Source: Laetmonice hystrix
Taxonomy: Eukaryota
Assembly: GCA_965235115.1 (NCBI GenBank)
Contig: OZ249439.1
Location: forward strand, 18,166,001-18,230,000
Length of the DNA: 64,000 nucleotides
Direction of reading: 5' to 3'
Numbering within the stretch: the first letter of the stretch is position 1; every line of letters begins with the position of its first letter. The position numbers and the translations under genes were made by a program. Shown one piece after another: positions 62,114 through 64,000 of this stretch. The notes under the pieces were generated by a model. The model searched no databases and was not told where the DNA came from. It saw only the letters and a program-made list of their open reading frames with translations.

Positions 62114-63325
62114 ATTGGTCAGCATGATTACAATGGTAGCATCGCACCATTCTGGTATTCCCCTCGTGAACACACCATGTGGGATGGACTGGTGAACACA
62201 CCATGTGGGATGGACTGGTGTGGACAAGTTACCACTGTCCATGTTGTATTGGTCAGCATGATTACAATGGTAGCATCGCACCATTCTGGTATTCGCCTCG
62301 TGAACACACTATGTGGGATGGACTGGTGTGGACGAGTTACCACTGTCCAGGTTGTATTGGTCAGCCTGATTACAATGGTAACATCGCACCATTCTGGTAT
62401 TCGCCTCGTGAACACACCATGTGGGATGGACTGGTGTGGACAAGTTACCACTGTCTAGGTTGTATTGGTCAGCATGATTACAATGGTAACATCGCACCAT
62501 TCTGGTATTCGCCTCGTGAACACACCATGTGGGATGGACTGGTGTGGACAAGTTACCACTGTCCAGGTTGTATTGGTCAGCATGATTACAATGGTAACAT
62601 CGCACCATTCTGGTATTCCCCTCGTGAACACACTATGTGGGATGGACTGGTGTGGACGAGTTACCACTGTCCAGGTTGTATTGGTCAGCCTGATTACAAT
62701 GGTAGCATCCACCATTCTGGTATTCCCCTCGTGAACACACTATGTGGGATGGACTGGTGTGGACAAGTTACCACTGTCCAGGTTGTATTGGTCAGCATGA
62801 TTACAATGGTAACATCGCACCATTCTGGTATTCCCCTCGTGAACACACTATGTGGGATGGACTGGTGTGGACGAGTTACCACTGTCCAGGTTGTATTGGT
62901 CAGCATGATTACAATGGTAACATCGCACCATTCTGGTATTCGCCCGTGAACACACTATGTGGGATGGACTGGTGTGGACAAGTTACCACTGTCCAGGTTG
63001 TATTGGTCAGCATGATTACAATGGTAACATCGCACCATTCTGGTATTCCCCTCGTGAACACACTATGTCGGATGGACTGGTGTGGACAAGTTACCACTGT
63101 CCAGGTTGTATTGGTCAGCATGATTACAATGGTAACATCGCACCATTCTGGTATACGCCTCGTGAACACACTATGTGGGATGGACTGGTGTGGACAAGTT
63201 ACCACTGTCTAGGTTGTATTGGTCAGCATGATTACAATGGTAGCATCCACCATTCTGGTATTCCCCTCGTGAACACACCATGTGGGATGGACTGGTGTGG
63301 ACAAGTTACCACTGTCCAGGTTGTA
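62114..63325. repeat. Minisatellite, 108 bp x ~11
   Basis: ATTGGTCAGCATGATTACAATGGTAACATCGCACCATTCTGG...GTTACCACTGTCCAGGTTGT, with a few 1-bp-deleted units. Confidence 0.97.
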
Positions 63326-64000
63326 TAGCGCATTACGTGATCATATGTAAGAGTCTATTAAATGAACCCACCCTGCTCCAGCATAACTACGTTAATCTGT
63401 CTTTGATGGCATGTGTTCTGATATTATCTTAGATTACTACTAAGGAACCTAACCAATGTGTGTTATTTACATTGTTTGAAGGCCTTGAATAGAACACAGA
63501 ACTGTTGTAATTCTTCCCTCTGATCGTTATGAGCGGCTGAGCCATAACGGACAGGTTCGCTCGTCTTCATTTTACTCGGCACTGCACTCTATGAAAATGG
63601 TTCTTGGTATAGTTTATCTAATTACAAACAAAAAAATCAAAGGATTGCTGTGTCGCTATAGCAAATTACCCACCATTAATCAATAGAGCAGGACGCCGTC
63701 CGTGACTCCTATTTTTGTCCATTACACCAGCTTGCCGCCACGCAGTGGGTTATGTCACCTGCTGAGTTTTCCTGCTCCTGTTCCCTACAGCTCATGCCTT
63801 TTTATATACCAGTTAATCTCACAGACCTCAGACCACATCGTTCTTCACAGCTTGAGATCTTACTAAATCATAAAGAGATACCGCATTCAAGATGTACCCT
63901 CTAATATAACACTTCCTGCTGTAGTTTTTGTCCAGAGTACGGTTACACAAACCTCAGGAACTATTAAAGTCACTATGCACCAATTGATACTCCTTAAAGT

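Noticed and set aside
44000-64000. Shroom PDZ exons (GGAPWGF-type) and, elsewhere in the window, the ASD2 coiled-coil
   Set aside because: I could not find either by eye. GAAPWG at about 54830 is on the wrong strand and does not continue as a PDZ. These exons are probably outside the window or absent.

Overview
AT/GC-balanced invertebrate-type (probably lophotrochozoan) eukaryotic DNA. I found no prokaryotic features, CRISPR array, rRNA or supportable tRNA. The window is dominated by one large minus-strand gene that I call a Shroom-family actin/ROCK scaffold. Its ~3.8-kb exon (10444-6601) carries, in order, motifs I recognise from vertebrate Shroom2/3: RPxSWH, RDS, PPLRxDS...ERxxSW and PELK..Q..A......KTGKR. 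No PDZ or ASD2 exon is visible, so both ends of the gene probably lie outside the window. The 53 kb 5' of that exon contain many small candidate exons that end in splice phase 2, so any of them could join the phase-2 acceptors at 40066 or 10444. Three are micro-exons (11312-11295, 23628-23608, 55079-55044) that each carry an in-frame Met-Gly start. One would create a canonical N-myristoylation signal (MGQGQS) only after splicing, and one sits on a textbook recursive splice site. The introns also hold an 8-bp-TSD MITE, a 30-bp perfect palindrome flanked by a 7-bp direct repeat, and about 11 unrelated minisatellite arrays (~5.4 kb). Several arrays repeat a 5' splice-site hexamer on the sense strand only. 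All exon calls were made by eye from splice signals and reading frame and need RNA-seq.
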